A stretch of 54,810 bases of DNA from Macrostomum lignano (lineage: Eukaryota), in NCBI GenBank assembly GCA_002269645.1, contig NIVC01004212.1:1-54810 (forward strand). Direction: 5' to 3'. A program made the position numbers and the translations under genes. Positions 40,014 through 53,665 of the stretch are shown here, piece after piece; the first letter of the stretch is position 1, and each line of letters opens with the position of its first letter. The notes beneath the pieces are model-generated. The model made no database searches. It saw only the letters and a program-made list of their open reading frames with translations, and was not told the origin of the DNA.

Positions 40014-41550
40014 TGTCGTGTCCACATGGACAGTTGTTGTTAAATAGTTTTGTATTTATGTACACTATGAAGTTTGTATTGAATCTCAACGGCTCAACAG
40101 ACGACAACAAAATCTGTTTTGAAGAAATAACCGATATTGGCTAACAAACTATTTTCTGTCTGAATGCGCTGGGACAGAACTCAATAAGAATAAAATATAA
40201 ACCATAAAGAGCATATGTGTGTTCTGGACAACAATAGTCGCAGACCTCGTGGTTGATACACATTATTAGTTCGAGGGATTGCCCTAACTACTATGCGAAT
40301 CTGTCAATCAAATTAATTCTCACGGAAGCGTTCGTCATATATAATGCGATCGCGTGACGTGCTTGTTTGACTGTGATGTACTTTAAAATGCAGTGAGTTT
40401 TTCAAAACCTTCTCAGTGTTTAACTTTAGCCGCCTAAATAAAGAAAACATTAGACCGAAACAGAAACTTTTTGACAGGCGTCACTCTAATCTTTGATCGC
40501 CTGATCTTTTGTAACAACCCATCAATTATTCTAGGTGGTCTAGCTGGCAGACAGGGCGCTAAGCTGCACATGGGACATGTGTATCGGGTTTGCGCTCATC
40601 ATCAAAGGCAATATGCTAGATACACTATAAAGAGGCGAGCAGTTGCTACATTCACTAATGTGGCCCTATAGCTGCATAAGTTTCTTAACTTAGCCATTTC
40701 TCATTTACAACAAGGCGAGACAAAGAGAGAGAAGACGTAGATAAGAGCAAAAAGGAACACTCAACATAAATCGAACTGCGGGGAACGAAGACGCAACGAG
40801 ACTCGAAGCCGAGACGAGAAAAGAAATTGCCCGATGCAGAACCTCGTTTCAGCGCTAATAAGCTAAATGAAGGAAAGAAATTAGCAAGAGTAGTGGGACG
40901 ATGAAGTGTAAAAAAATGGGTAATTGACCGTGAAAATGAAAACCCCTATGTACCGCTCTTCTCCCCCAAGCATGCACAGGCAGTCTAGGATGCATCTGAG
41001 GTCAAGCTGCCTCCTCTAGTAGCAAACCGAACACACCCCAACCCCCCCCCCCTGAACAACTCGAATTGCGAGTCGCCATTCGAAATTTCTATATTGGTTG
41101 CATCGTTCTCAGCGAACCGTAAACAGAAATAATTTCCATGTTTATTAATATCAAAAAGAGAATCTTAACGTAGAGCCTGACTCATAATAACAGTATATGG
41201 CACTAAGATACTTAACGATTCCTTCACTCAGTGACTTATGTGGGCAAAGTTGCTCAAATACTTGCAATGCTTCAACTTGTCAAATACGTCTCATCTATTG
41301 ATGCGTGTGCTCAAACACTTAAGATCTCAAGGCCTCTTTGCTGAGTGAATCTGATAGACGCATTTAAAAGAAGAGTTGTTATCAACTGGCACGCAGAGTA
41401 TAAAGCATAGTACTATTAGTAGGAACTATAATAATATTGCGCATGCTAGCGCACAGAACATACAAAAGAAACACTATTCATAATGCATCCAGACCAGACT
41501 AAATGCTGCGGAATCGAATTGATTGAGTGGAAATTGCATTACACACCAGC

Positions 41551-41553
<3 letters not shown>

Positions 41554-41645
<92 letters not shown>
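41554..41645. repeat. (GA)n microsatellite
   Basis: Direct reading. Confidence 0.97.
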
Positions 41646-41647
<2 letters not shown>

Positions 41648-42059
41648 TGCTGGGGCAAACCTGGGAGAGAAAGAGGGGTAATAGAAGGGGTCGAGAGCTC
41701 TACGGCCTCTGATAGTTAGCCAGCAGAAAACTCTACATGCTGGGATACGAGTAGCTACATTTCATGCAGTTTGAGTTTTCGATTCAACTTATAGCTGGGT
41801 TGAACTGGAGACAGCATCAATACCGCCTCTACCTTTCATCCATATCTGATCCGTTGCTTTTTTCGCCGCTTCTCTCTGTTCCTCCCTCACTTCAATTCGC
41901 CTTTTCCTGCGATCGTCATAAAAGCTTTGCTATAACAGTAGCACACTTGCAGATAGTTTTTGCGCTAGCTAACTGCTCGCATGGATAGCACTAAATAGGC
42001 ATGTCTATCTTTGCAAATCACGCTATGCCGGTTTTTTCATCTAAATAACTATATTTACC

Positions 42060-42096
42060 TACAGATAGATGAATCGATAGGTGAATAGATAGATTT

Positions 42097-42161
<65 letters not shown>

Positions 42162-42190
42162 CAGGCAGGCAGACAGACAGACAGATAGAT
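42060..42190. repeat. (GATA)n/(GACA)n microsatellite
   Basis: Direct reading. Confidence 0.95.
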
Positions 42191-44130
42191 CAATAGATAC
42201 AAAATGCTCTTCAATCAGCTGCAAATAAATTCAATACACCGTTAATTATAACGAAGCTCAGCAGACTCAAAATTTGAATAGAAAATTTAATGAGCGAGGT
42301 TAAAAGTACGCTGGGAGAATACGTTGGGCATTTCGTAGAAAAATTCGATCGGTTTCTAAGAAAACCAACTCAGAGAAGCTTAAATTCTCTCCCTCACGTC
42401 TTACTCGGACAAATGGCCTCATTAAGGAGGTACTCATATCTGCTCAGCTATACATAAGCTGTCTGTAATAAATAACTTAAACCGTGCATAATGCCGTTAA
42501 AGAAGCACTTCAATCCAAATCCCCCGGTTCCCGGAGGCCACTTTGCTGCTGAGAAAGATAAACTTGCACACTCTACTACGATGATTGGTAAAAAAATCGA
42601 GGACTTAGGCGAAGTGCTCATAGCCTACTCAAGCTCTTAAATATACATATATATTTCAGAGAATCGCGACTAGAGACTTCCTTTGGTGTATTTCTTTCAC
42701 TCTCTCTTTGAGGCATCTAGCAGCATCAGCCTCAGTAGCTTTTTTGGAATCTCCTTTCAAATTGTGACAAACGGAAAGAAGAAAGTTTTGGTTCTTTTTT
42801 CCTCTCTATCTCACTTTGTACTTTTAATATATACTTACTTGCATTATAAGACTAGATGTATATACATTATATACACACAGAGGCATTCGGTCTTCCAGCT
42901 CTTGATTGGGACTAGCAGATGGGGGGAGGGCAGGGGGAGGCAGCAAGGGAGGCGGTACTCGCGAGCACCCAGTCGGCGAGAGAAAGTTCGAATTCCGACA
43001 GGCCAAAAAGGAGGTAGGGTAGAAATAGGAGATGAAGCAGCAGGAGCAGGGGGAGGGGAGGCGGGAGGACATTGAACAGACTTTCGCTTTTAATTCTCAC
43101 TCCCTCTAGCTCTTCTAGACTAGATTTCCAGGGGATTCTGTTTCATGAGCTGTTCTTATGTATACGATTGACAACTCTGGTTTAATAGTGACTTCTCGGA
43201 TATTGGATTACTGCATGGTGTATTATAAGGAAACTAATACGTCTCAAATTTCTGAGCAAATTTATCAATATATTTTAGTATCGATTTGTTTATTAGTTTA
43301 AACTTCTCAATACGCGTACGCAAAGTCTTCGCTGCCAAACATCTGTTTCCGAATCTCAAAGCTTAATGAAAATTTCCGGAATTATTTACAATTTTGTTTT
43401 AATCTGTTTGATAAGGAATGAAGAATTTATATGGATACGAATGTGAATCACCGACAACAAATCAACGCTCATTATCTCAGTTGCTGAGCTGTGACAAGCG
43501 GTTAACTAATTGTTTAACTATTTGTTAAGTAGTTGTGACCAAGGACAACTTGTTAAGTAGTCACTGACTGTGACTAGGAGTGTTCGGGATTTGGGGTCGG
43601 GTTTTGCTACCAGGTTCGGGGTTAAACCTAAATGGTTGACGCGATGGTTGCGGATTTCCTTCATTAATTTCCATTAAAAATTAAAAATTAAAATTAAAAA
43701 TATATGATCTTCATTTGTAGATGTTCTAAATTCTCAATTAGGATTTCAGCTGCTAAAAGAGTCACATTTATTCACGAGTTAAACGGAAGCAACAAGATGG
43801 TGCTCTTCATCAAGAGAGAGTCGTAACGGCTGTACCGTCGGCTGTAGCTACAGCATCAACTAACGCGGTGAGCTCAATCGCAGTGCTTGAGAAAGAGACG
43901 ATGTGCGACTCAGCTACTATCTTTAACGCAGCATGGCTTTCGATAAAGCAAAGACGAACTATTCTGCTATTGACGTATTGTTTATAGATGTACTTTTGTT
44001 ATGCATGCTGGCTAGTTTACTGTTAATTTGTTGTTTTTCTACGCTTAATAAAAATGCAACAGATTAAAACCGAGGGAACACATGAAGATTCCACCCGCAA
44101 AATTGTGAGACAACTGTCTGAGGCAAGGCA

Positions 44131-44472
44131 GGGGCCCGTAGCTTAGTGGTCCGGCGCGGCGCTCTGGTGCGCCAGCGGCCAAGTGCAATCACGGTAATTT
44201 TGGGCTAAATTAGAATCCGGGTTTGGGCGATCTGCTCGTGCAATTAACGACTTTTAAAGCCAATCCCCAAGCACAAGTACATGCCTAACGACAAATAAAG
44301 TTAGGGCCGCTGTACACTCCTGTGTGAGTGTTTGCCTGTGCGTATGACTGCTTACGTATCCTTGCGCTTGTGTGCCTGCTCAGGGGAGTCGGCGGAATGG
44401 GCAGCAATGCCTCTCGCCGGTTGTGTGACAATGTCGCTTAAAGTGCGCCAGGAAGGGTGCACACAGCCCCCT
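44131..44472 (+). mobile_element. tRNA-derived SINE family A, copy 3 (B box deleted)
   Basis: Head GGGGCCCGTAGCTTAGTGG followed directly by GGCCAAGTGCAATC, lacking the GGCTCGATTCC segment. Shares body and tail with copy 2. Confidence 0.85.
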
Positions 44473-45364
44473 GGACTCTAATAAATGTGTCATGACACAC
44501 ACGCGTTTCGTCTGTGTTACGATTTTGGCCATAGACAAAACAGAACAATATGTATATATATATATACGTCTATTGTTCTGGCGGCAAAAACTGCATAAGC
44601 TGAAGCCAGGTAAAAGGACAAATTTTAGCGAGAGCTTACCAAATCGTATTCTACGACCGGAATTTCTAGGCAAGTCGTCGTTTCGTTTGTCAATTGACGA
44701 TCGTTTCATTCTATATTATTAATTTGATTTTAACTTGAAGTCCTTCAATATTAATTTCCAAAAGTAAGTGTATCAGGCAGGATGGCAAAGTGATTGCAAA
44801 TGCTGATGTTTTTATGATTATTATTATTACATCCTTGCGGAGCCTTCACCTATCCTTACAGCTAGATCGTAAGAGCAGAACTGAACATAGATGAACAGCT
44901 GTACTAAGGGGGGAGGCGGAATTCCTGTTTTTACATACGCGCCACAGCAACTTAGTAAAATCCAAGCAGATCTAACGGAGATGATAAAGAAAGAGGTCTT
45001 GTTAAAGAATGTTTGCATTACAGGATCCCAGCATGCTATTGGTTGGGAAACATCGGAGCAGAGTGGGGGAGAAGGAGAGATCTGGCTGATTGGATGGATG
45101 CAGCAGAGTGGAACACGGTTAGCATGTTGCCAGCAAGGGGGTATCCATCCTAGTTGGGTCCCTACAAAGCCCACTTATAGTGCAATTTCGGGAATATTTT
45201 TTCTGCGTTGGGGGGGCGGGCGAGGTAAAGACTAAAGATTCATAGCATAAAAGAAGATAGTTATTGGGATAAAAATATGATTATTGATTTCAAAACAGTT
45301 TTGCTAATGGAATAAACAGAAATGCTCAAGATTAATACTGAGATTATAGACATAAACGCTGGCA

Positions 45365-45545
45365 GTATGGGATAAACTGTGATAATACTTTGGGATAAAA
45401 TGTGCTGATACTTTGAGATAAACTCTGGTGATACTTTGGGATAAACTCTGGTGATACTTTGGGATAAACTCTGGTGATACTTTGAGATAAACTGTGATGA
45501 TACTTTGTGATAAACTCTGGTGATACTTTGGGATAAACTCTGGTG
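45365..45545. repeat. 23-bp tandem repeat (GATACTTTGGGATAAACTCTGGT)
   Basis: Direct reading, ~7 copies. Confidence 0.88.
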
Positions 45546-46439
45546 TATTATAAACACTTCAATGGAAATCAACACTAAGATGTTTATGACAATACCTAAA
45601 TATTGAGATAACTGATATACAGGAGTGCACTCAATAGCACCTAAAAGATCTTTATTCCTTATTCAAACAACTTAAAAGGTTAAAAGATAAGAATAAGATT
45701 AAATGGTTTACTAACAATCACCCAGACTTTGAAGTCACGTTTAACAAACGCATAAATAACTGCACAGACAGATGCAAATGCACTAATGAATTAACTTTAA
45801 ATTTTTTATGTAGAAGCGCGGAGAGAGATAAGAAAAAATACGTGATTTTCAAGCCACAGTTTTATCGTCAATAATGGATAAAAAAATATACAAAGTGATG
45901 ATGCTACCAAATCCCAACTAATCTATTATAGATATAATTTATAAAGAAACATCGCGTGAGACATGATTGGCGGTTTTTACATGAATTAGAAAAAAGACTG
46001 CAGACTGGCTGAGATTATTTTTCTTTCAGCGTTATATTTCTTAGAATCAAATAGCGTGCTAAGCTGAGTGCCTGACAACAACATGGGAGCTCAGAGACTT
46101 CCCAGCGCCCCCCCCCCCTAGGCCACACAATAACGCTCTTTCAAGATTGCTATGCATATTAGGCGAATAATTATGTTATGTAACCGACAAGCCTCGGGCA
46201 CTGAAAATATTATTCTTTAAAATAAAAATACTCATTGCCTTGAATTGCATGATTGATTTTTGTAAACTCACCATATCGTTGTACACGAAATCAACGCGTA
46301 GCTGTTTAAGGTGGACATTTTCGTAGTAATTAAGATGACCAGACAATTAGAGGCTGCAAAAGTGTTCAATTTGGTCTGATAAACAAACATCTACACTTTT
46401 CATCACTATCTGAATATATTGCCTAAGACTAGCGACAAT

Positions 46440-46487
46440 TCACAGACAGACAGATAGAAACTAGGACAGACAGACAGGCAGGCACTA

Positions 46488-46564
<77 letters not shown>

Positions 46565-46565
46565 C

Positions 46566-46608
<43 letters not shown>

Positions 46609-46649
46609 CACAGACAGACAGACAGGCTGACAGACAGACAGACAGACAG

Positions 46650-46692
<43 letters not shown>

Positions 46693-46723
46693 CACAGACA
46701 GACAGACAGACAGACAGACAGGC

Positions 46724-46772
<49 letters not shown>

Positions 46773-46925
46773 GGCAGACAGACAGACAGACAGACAGGCA
46801 CTAAGACAGACAGACAGGCACTAAGACAGACAGACAGACAGGCAGACAGACATAGACACAGACATATAGACGGACTAAGACGGTCAAACACACAGACAGA
46901 TACTTAGACAGACACTATGCAGACA
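46440..46925. repeat. (GACA)n microsatellite with GGCACTAAGA interruptions
   Basis: Direct reading. Confidence 0.96.
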
Positions 46926-48062
46926 GAAAGACAGAAACATGCTATTCTTAAATCAGCTTAATCAAAGACGACACTAAGCACTATAGTGTAGACTAAAAGT
47001 AGAATGATATTAGTAATAACTCAGAAAAAAATGAATAACAGAATCACCGCAAATCTGCGAGTAGAGTCAAAGACATGAAACAAACAAATATTAAGGAAAC
47101 ATGTTCGTTTCCGAATAATTTGTACCAGTTTTATTAATAATCAGACCCATGTCAAATAGACAAACAAATAAGAATGATCAAGATTCTCAAACAGATTTTT
47201 ATTCACGCAAATTCGGGTTTTTTATTCTAAATAAATATTATTCGCGATGTTAGAACGGAGGAGTTGGCAGGGTGATAACAGTTCCTACACAATAAATCAT
47301 ATTAAATTATTAAATATTTCAGAATAGCAATTTTGGTAGCAAAGAAAGAATTTCAACAAATAGATAATATTTCAACTCACTTTGCTGGCATAGACAGCGA
47401 TGACTATGACATCCATAGTTCAATCAATTATTATATATGAGCTAATAAATAAGTATACAGAATTAAAAATACAAGACACCATAAAACACTGAAGCTTAGT
47501 TAAAACAAAAAAAACTTCAAATGATTGATAGAATCAAGAATAAGGGAAACAAGCACACACACCAGAGGCCAATTACATAAAGCGTCGAGTAGTAATATTT
47601 ATTAAACGCAAACTAATGCGCTTTAGTGTCTACTCGATTAGCAATATAAGTAGTGCAACAAAGAAATGTGATTTAAGTAAAATTTTCAAATTATTAAAGC
47701 ACAGAACAGACATGCCAATAACGAAGTCTATGTGATTTTGTTGAGAGAAAAAACTATTTGTAAAACTCTGCAAATTCTTTAGCTAGATTCTTCAGACGAC
47801 TTTCTTAAATCAAACCCGATGAAAACGGTACCCAGGCCAAGAAGCGTCCCAGAGTGACTTGCTATCGGAAATAATCAATATAGTCTACAGATTACCGCTA
47901 TAATAATCAAATTAATGAATGTCGAGTCGCTGAAACACGAAGAAACGGAGGGACATCAACAAACAAGCAAAAGTAACAATAACCAATCCGTATTCTTACT
48001 ATAACTAAAGTCCTACACAGGGGTTCAAGTTACTGGTTATTTTTTAGTCATTCAGTCACAAT

Positions 48063-51000
48063 TCAAGAGGCAGGCGCTCGCAGAGTCTGCTTCTGGCTCA
48101 TGTTGATCTTGTCGCCAAGGGTGACAGCCATGCCCTGGCTCTTGGCTCGGATCCGGATGTGCCCAGTCACTGGGGCATTTGGCTGGTTCGGTGGCTTCTC
48201 GATAGACAAATTGGCCAGCGCGTCCTCGCCGAAGATGCTCCTGGCGTAGAGATTGGCAGCGAGGAAGCCGCACTCGCCTGTCAGCGCTTTCTCCGGCGTT
48301 AAACAGCGCATATTGGTGGCTTTGATCAGGTGGGCTAAAAAGTCGCGCAAATCCGATATGCCCGTAGCAACGGCCACTTTATTCTCCCATTCGAATTCTA
48401 CCCACATCCGGCGGAAGTCAACATCCGAGCAATGGCTAGGCACTATGTAATCCATTATGTCGATGTGAATGTCGTTTAATACGACGCAGTTCCGATCGCC
48501 GGCGGCGCCGCGAACGTCGTAAACAATATTGCCGAATATGATGCCATTCTCAGTGCTTGTAACCTTGATATTAGCCTTGATGTTGGCGAAATCTTTCGAG
48601 GCCAAGGTAAGCGGTGCCGGCTTCTCAACCAATTTTAGATCGCCCAGAGTGGCCAATTCGAGGCTGAGGCTCTGCAGAGTGTCGGCTGTCTGGTTAACCA
48701 GAAGTACATCGAGTACTATGTCGTACTGGTTAACGTGCACGTAGGCTTCGGCATAGACAGGATCAGAGAAGCCGGTGAGTTGAGTAACTTTATTCAGCTT
48801 GCTGCTGAGCAGGATGTCCGACTCCGGCTTGGCGGCTGTGCCCAAGGCTTGCGACAATGTGAGGTCGAAGCGATCTTCGAGATCGCCGAACTCGTTGGCC
48901 GGCGCCAGCTGGATGAAGCGGACGGGATCGTCTGGTTGAACGGCGCGCTTTGTTCGAACAGTTTCGCAGCTTTTCTCTTCGGCTAGCTGCGAGCTGAGCA
49001 GCTGGTCGAGGGCCTCGCGGCAGTACAAATCGAACACCTCCATCATGGGCTGAGAGCGCTCGGCCAGGACCTGGGGAGGTCGATTATTAAGAGTAGAATA
49101 ATTAAAAATAGAATTGGAAGTGGTTTAAAAAACAGAATTTAGATGTCTCCTAATGTGCATTTTGGAACGACATATTATATGGATTTTCCTAAGGTTAAAA
49201 ATAGAACGGGGATTTCCCTTATAGTGGAATTAGGTGGGGTGAATTATTTGGGGTGAAAATAAAAAGGGGATTTCCCTTATTGTGGAATTATGTTGAGTGA
49301 AAATAGAACGGGGATTTCTCTTATTGTGGAATTATGTTGAGTGAAAATAGAACGGGGATCTCCCTTATTGTGGATTTACGTTGCGTAAAAATAGAACAGG
49401 GATCTCTCTACGTGTGAATTTATGTTGTCTAAAAATAGAACGGGGATTTCCCTAAGTGTACATATACATGTACGTAGCGTAGAAAAAAGAACAGAAATTC
49501 CCCTTGGCAAGCACTTGACATGGTGAGTTATTTTGTGTCTAAATCGCCATTATTCTAAAAATGTTTTTGCTATTATGCAGAAAAGAAATCTATATTCCAT
49601 CAAATTATTTAATCCTATATTTACCTTCATACACAGCCACAGGTGTTCGAAATCATCAGGGGACACTGGTCGCTCAGGCATACCGCTGCGGCCTAGATGC
49701 AGAATACACGACAATACCAGCATGCACTCGGCAACGAACCGGTTCTGACGGGTCGGGTCCGGCACTCTGAAGTGGGAGTCAACAGAATGGCTTGAATGCT
49801 TGTAGAATAGACTTTAATCATGTATTATGGCCTTAAATTTTTGTAGATTGAAGCAGCACTAGAAAATTTATGCTTTGATTTATGTAGAATGGCCTTAGGA
49901 TTATGTAGAATGGCCTAAGTTTTATGTAGAATGACCTCATTTTTATGTAGAATGGCCTAATGTTTATGTAGAATGGCCTAAGGTTTATGTAGAATGGCCT
50001 CAGATTTATGTAGAATGGCCTCGGATTTGTGTAGAATGGCCTCGGATTTGTGTAAAATGGCCTCAGATTTGTGTAGAATGGCCTCGGATTTGTGTAGAAT
50101 GGCCTCAGATTTATGTAGAATGGCCTCAGATTTGTGTAGAATAGCCTCAGATTTGTGTAGAATGGCCTCAGATTTGTGTAGAATGGTCTTAGATTTGTGT
50201 AGAATGACCTCAGATTTTTGTTCCTTGACATCAGATTAATGTAGAATGGCCTCAGATTAATGTAGAATGGCCTCAGATTCATGTAGAATGGCCTCAGATT
50301 TATACAGAAGGCCAATTCAATGAAAAACCAGGGACTATCAATCATTCATACCTAGCCAAGTATCGCACAGCCAGTTTAGTCAGCGCGGTGCCCAGAGCGG
50401 CGCCAATAAAGAAGTCGCCCTTCAACAGGTGCCGACGCAACACAGGCCTGTCGTCTTTGTCGGTACCTAAGGAGGCGCCGACGCCGCCCGACTTGCCGCC
50501 GGAACTGCCAGACTAAAAAAGCGACCAAAGTTATAATCTATAATTATAAGTTAGTGGCGCCAAAGGTAGGCTAGGCTTAAAGGTTAAAATATTCACCTTT
50601 CCGCCGGTCACAGAGAAGGCAGTCTGCGAAGCGTAGGTACCATCGGCCGTTACCCGCTTCTGTGCAAGGCCGGAGGCTTGAGAAGACAAGGCGGACTCCT
50701 GCTGCTGGTCCTGATCCTCTCCTGTACTGGCGGCTCGTTTCAATTCGTCCTCAACTAGAGGCAGATCGCCAAGTGCCTGGCGAACAAGCGTCATGACGCT
50801 CTGGATGTCTTCGACCTCGGTGCAATGCTCGCCAAGGATCCACAGAGCGCTGCGATAAATCTTTGCATTCTTAACCGTAGCCAGCGATTCCATCAGCTTC
50901 TGCAGGATCAACGATTTCAAATGATCGAACTTTTGAATGGCCTCGCGAACAAACACTAGCACGTCTTCGGCCGCCCCTGTAGGCGCCTTCTCGTTGTAGT

Positions 51001-51229
51001 TGTCGCCGTCGGCTAGGAACTCGATGAGGGTCGGGACGATCTGCGGCGCTACGTCCGGGAATCGGATGCAGGCGTTGTGCAGGGTTCGAACCAGCAGCTG
51101 ACGGTAGCGGCCGGTCTCCTCCTGAGCCATGGGGATTCGGTTGGGGCGGTAGACTTAGCCCGTCAGGGATCGGAGAGACAGACAGACAGACAGATAGACA
51201 GACAGACAGACACAGACAGACAGACAGAC

Positions 51230-51290
<61 letters not shown>

Positions 51291-51291
51291 C

Positions 51292-51326
<35 letters not shown>

Positions 51327-51363
51327 CACACACACACACACACAGACAGACAGACAGACAGAC

Positions 51364-51402
<39 letters not shown>

Positions 51403-51415
51403 CACACACACACAC

Positions 51416-51482
<67 letters not shown>

Positions 51483-51485
51483 CAC

Positions 51486-51536
<51 letters not shown>

Positions 51537-51547
51537 CACACACACAC

Positions 51548-51609
<62 letters not shown>

Positions 51610-53630
51610 CGACAGAAAGAGACTAAAACTAAGGACACGCTCAAACAACTCCAGCTTTGTTAAACTAACCTGTTCAATAGCTGCGGAAGTTTTGAGCACC
51701 TCTTTCTTAAGCACGCCAACTACCTCCTCGATAGTGCGGCCAGTGACCAGCTCCAGGGCCAAATCCATGGCCTTCTTACGCACTTCCAAATCCGTAGCTG
51801 ACAGGATACGCAGCACGTCCATAACAAGATCCTGCAGAATACGTTCATGAGTCTCTCTCAGACCCACCAGCCTATCCAGTACAATCAGTTTCACATTGTT
51901 GTCGCTCTCCTTCAATATGAGATCGATATAGGCGGAGGCGGCCGAGCGAACGGCGGTCGGAGCCGAGCTGAGACAGATCAGGGTGCCAGCGGCTTCGTAG
52001 CGAACAGCAGCCGAACTGCTCTGCAGCAGGTTGTACACGCAGCGGATAAATCGGGACCGCTCGGTGGGATTGGCGTGGCACACTTTGTAGATTAACTCCA
52101 CAATTACTAGCTGGAGAATGTCGCCGAAAGTGTGCACCTGGTCTAGGCAGGTGCTTAGATAATTGAGAGCTCGCTCTTGATCGACGTGCAGCAGCATCAT
52201 GAAAGCGTTGCGCTTGCACGAGGCGTCTTGCTCCTGGGATTGTAGATGGTGGATTGACTTTTGTCTTCTGTGTTTTATATTTATATATGTACACTGGACA
52301 AACATAAAACGGAATTTCGTCAACATTGAAGTATGCCGCAAATTTCTTAGTCAATTCTTCAGTTTATTTGACCTTGTTTCTGTGTTTACTCTGTTTAGTC
52401 TCTCTCTCTGTTTAGTTCAGTCTTGTTATTCTTATCTCTCCCTCCCTCGCTGCCTTCTGATTGGCTCTTTAATCTCGCCTCTTTCCTCACCCGTGCACTC
52501 CACCCCTCATTTTCTTATCTGCACTCAACCCCCCGCCTAATTGAATGTCTTATAAATTGTTTAGGACCTGCGCCCTACTTTACTGTTTTTAATAAATAAA
52601 CTAATATATCTGTACTAACTAGACTGTTATTTAATAGTCTTATCTTATTTTGCTTAACATATAGTACGCTAGATATAAATAGAAAGGGAATTCCCATTTT
52701 AACGGTGTACGCTGGACAAAAATAGAAGGGCTAAAAGGATTTCCGTATAAAATGATGTATGACAAATCTAAACAGAACGGAATTTCTCCAACAGTAAAGT
52801 ACGCGTAATATTCAATATAAATAAACTGGTATTTGCCTTTGAATTGTGAAGGCTAAATAGATACAAGTATAAATAAAACGGTATTTCCCTACAGTGGCAA
52901 TTCGCTGGATATAAATAGAGCGGGAATTCCCCTCTGCTAGACACGCTAAAAGGGGGATTCCCTTTATCAGTGGTCACCATGCTTGATATATGTACATACA
53001 GACCAGAATTCTTCGACATTAGAGTAGAATGGATAAAAATGACTGGAAAATCTCATATCACCGTCCTGAATCGCTCACCTGGTCCAGCAGAGAAGCAATC
53101 AACTCCGGAGCATCGGGTATCAACGAATCGAAGTTCTTGTAGATGGTGAAGATAGCCAGTATGGCATTTCGCCTAACATAGGTGTGCCGATACTCCAAGC
53201 ACTGCCGAATTGACGGCATCAGCGGCTCCAGCAGTTCGGGCTCTTTCAGTTTGCACAAAAATCGAAGAGTTGAGCCGCGAATAAACTCGTTGGGATGCTG
53301 CAGATCTTTGCGATAAGCGTCGCAAACCAGGATCATCTCGTGAAGCAGCTTGCCGTCTGGCGAGTATTTGGGCACAACCTCCCAGAACACTAGCAGCAGC
53401 TTCTTGATCATGTGGTCCTGGCTGGGCATCACGTACTTCACCACAGTCATTAGCAGGGAGCTATTAAACTTCTCTCCATTAATAATCATGGCTATGACCT
53501 TTTTTAAGGCTTCAATTTTGCCATTTACGTCGGGCTTTTCAAGATCTTCGCGAAGCTTCTGCTCGGATGGCGGCTCCGAGTCAGTCGGCATGTTGATCAG
53601 AGTGTAGCATGGCTGCTCCGCTTGGCTCAT
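48063..53630 (-). CDS. COPB1: Coatomer subunit beta (beta-COP), complete, ~983 aa
   Basis: Exons 53630-53079, 52233-51670, 51121-50597, 50512-50352, 49766-49625 and 49070-48063 total 2952 nt, with GT-AG phases 0,0,0,2,0. Hallmarks: [80 protein letters not shown]. Confidence 0.97.
49195..49505. repeat. ~44-bp tandem repeat (AAAATAGAACGGGGATTTCCCTTATTGTGGAATTATGTTGAGTG) in COPB1 intron 5
   Basis: Direct reading, ~7 diverging copies. Confidence 0.85.
49865..50310. repeat. 21-bp tandem repeat (ATGTAGAATGGCCTCAGATTT) in COPB1 intron 4
   Basis: Direct reading, ~21 copies. Confidence 0.95.
51174..51620. repeat. (GACA)n/(CA)n microsatellite in COPB1 intron 2
   Basis: Direct reading. Confidence 0.97.
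52672..52970. repeat. Degenerate ~45-bp repeat with an AAATAGAA.GG.ATTTCC core in COPB1 intron 1
   Basis: Core motif recurs about 7 times with diverged spacers. Confidence 0.6.
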
Positions 53631-53650
53631 GTTTATATTTTAAAGCTTTG

Positions 53651-53665
53651 CTGAAAGCATGCAGA
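53651..53665 (-). promoter_or_regulatory. Candidate splice acceptor (possibly spliced-leader trans-splice site) 20 nt upstream of the COPB1 ATG
   Basis: Minus strand ...TGCATGCTTTCAG|caaagctttaaaatataaacATG preceded by AT-rich sequence. Confidence 0.45.

Noticed and set aside
42955-43005. B-box-like GTTCGAATTCC with ACTCGCGAG upstream, resembling a SINE-B head
   Set aside because: No A box or SINE body follows; too degenerate to call.
50871-51850. SVCL- and RQTD-repeat ORFs overlapping COPB1 (also 46406-46891 and 21844-22153)
   Set aside because: (GACA)n intron sequence read through in frame; canonical splice sites remove it.
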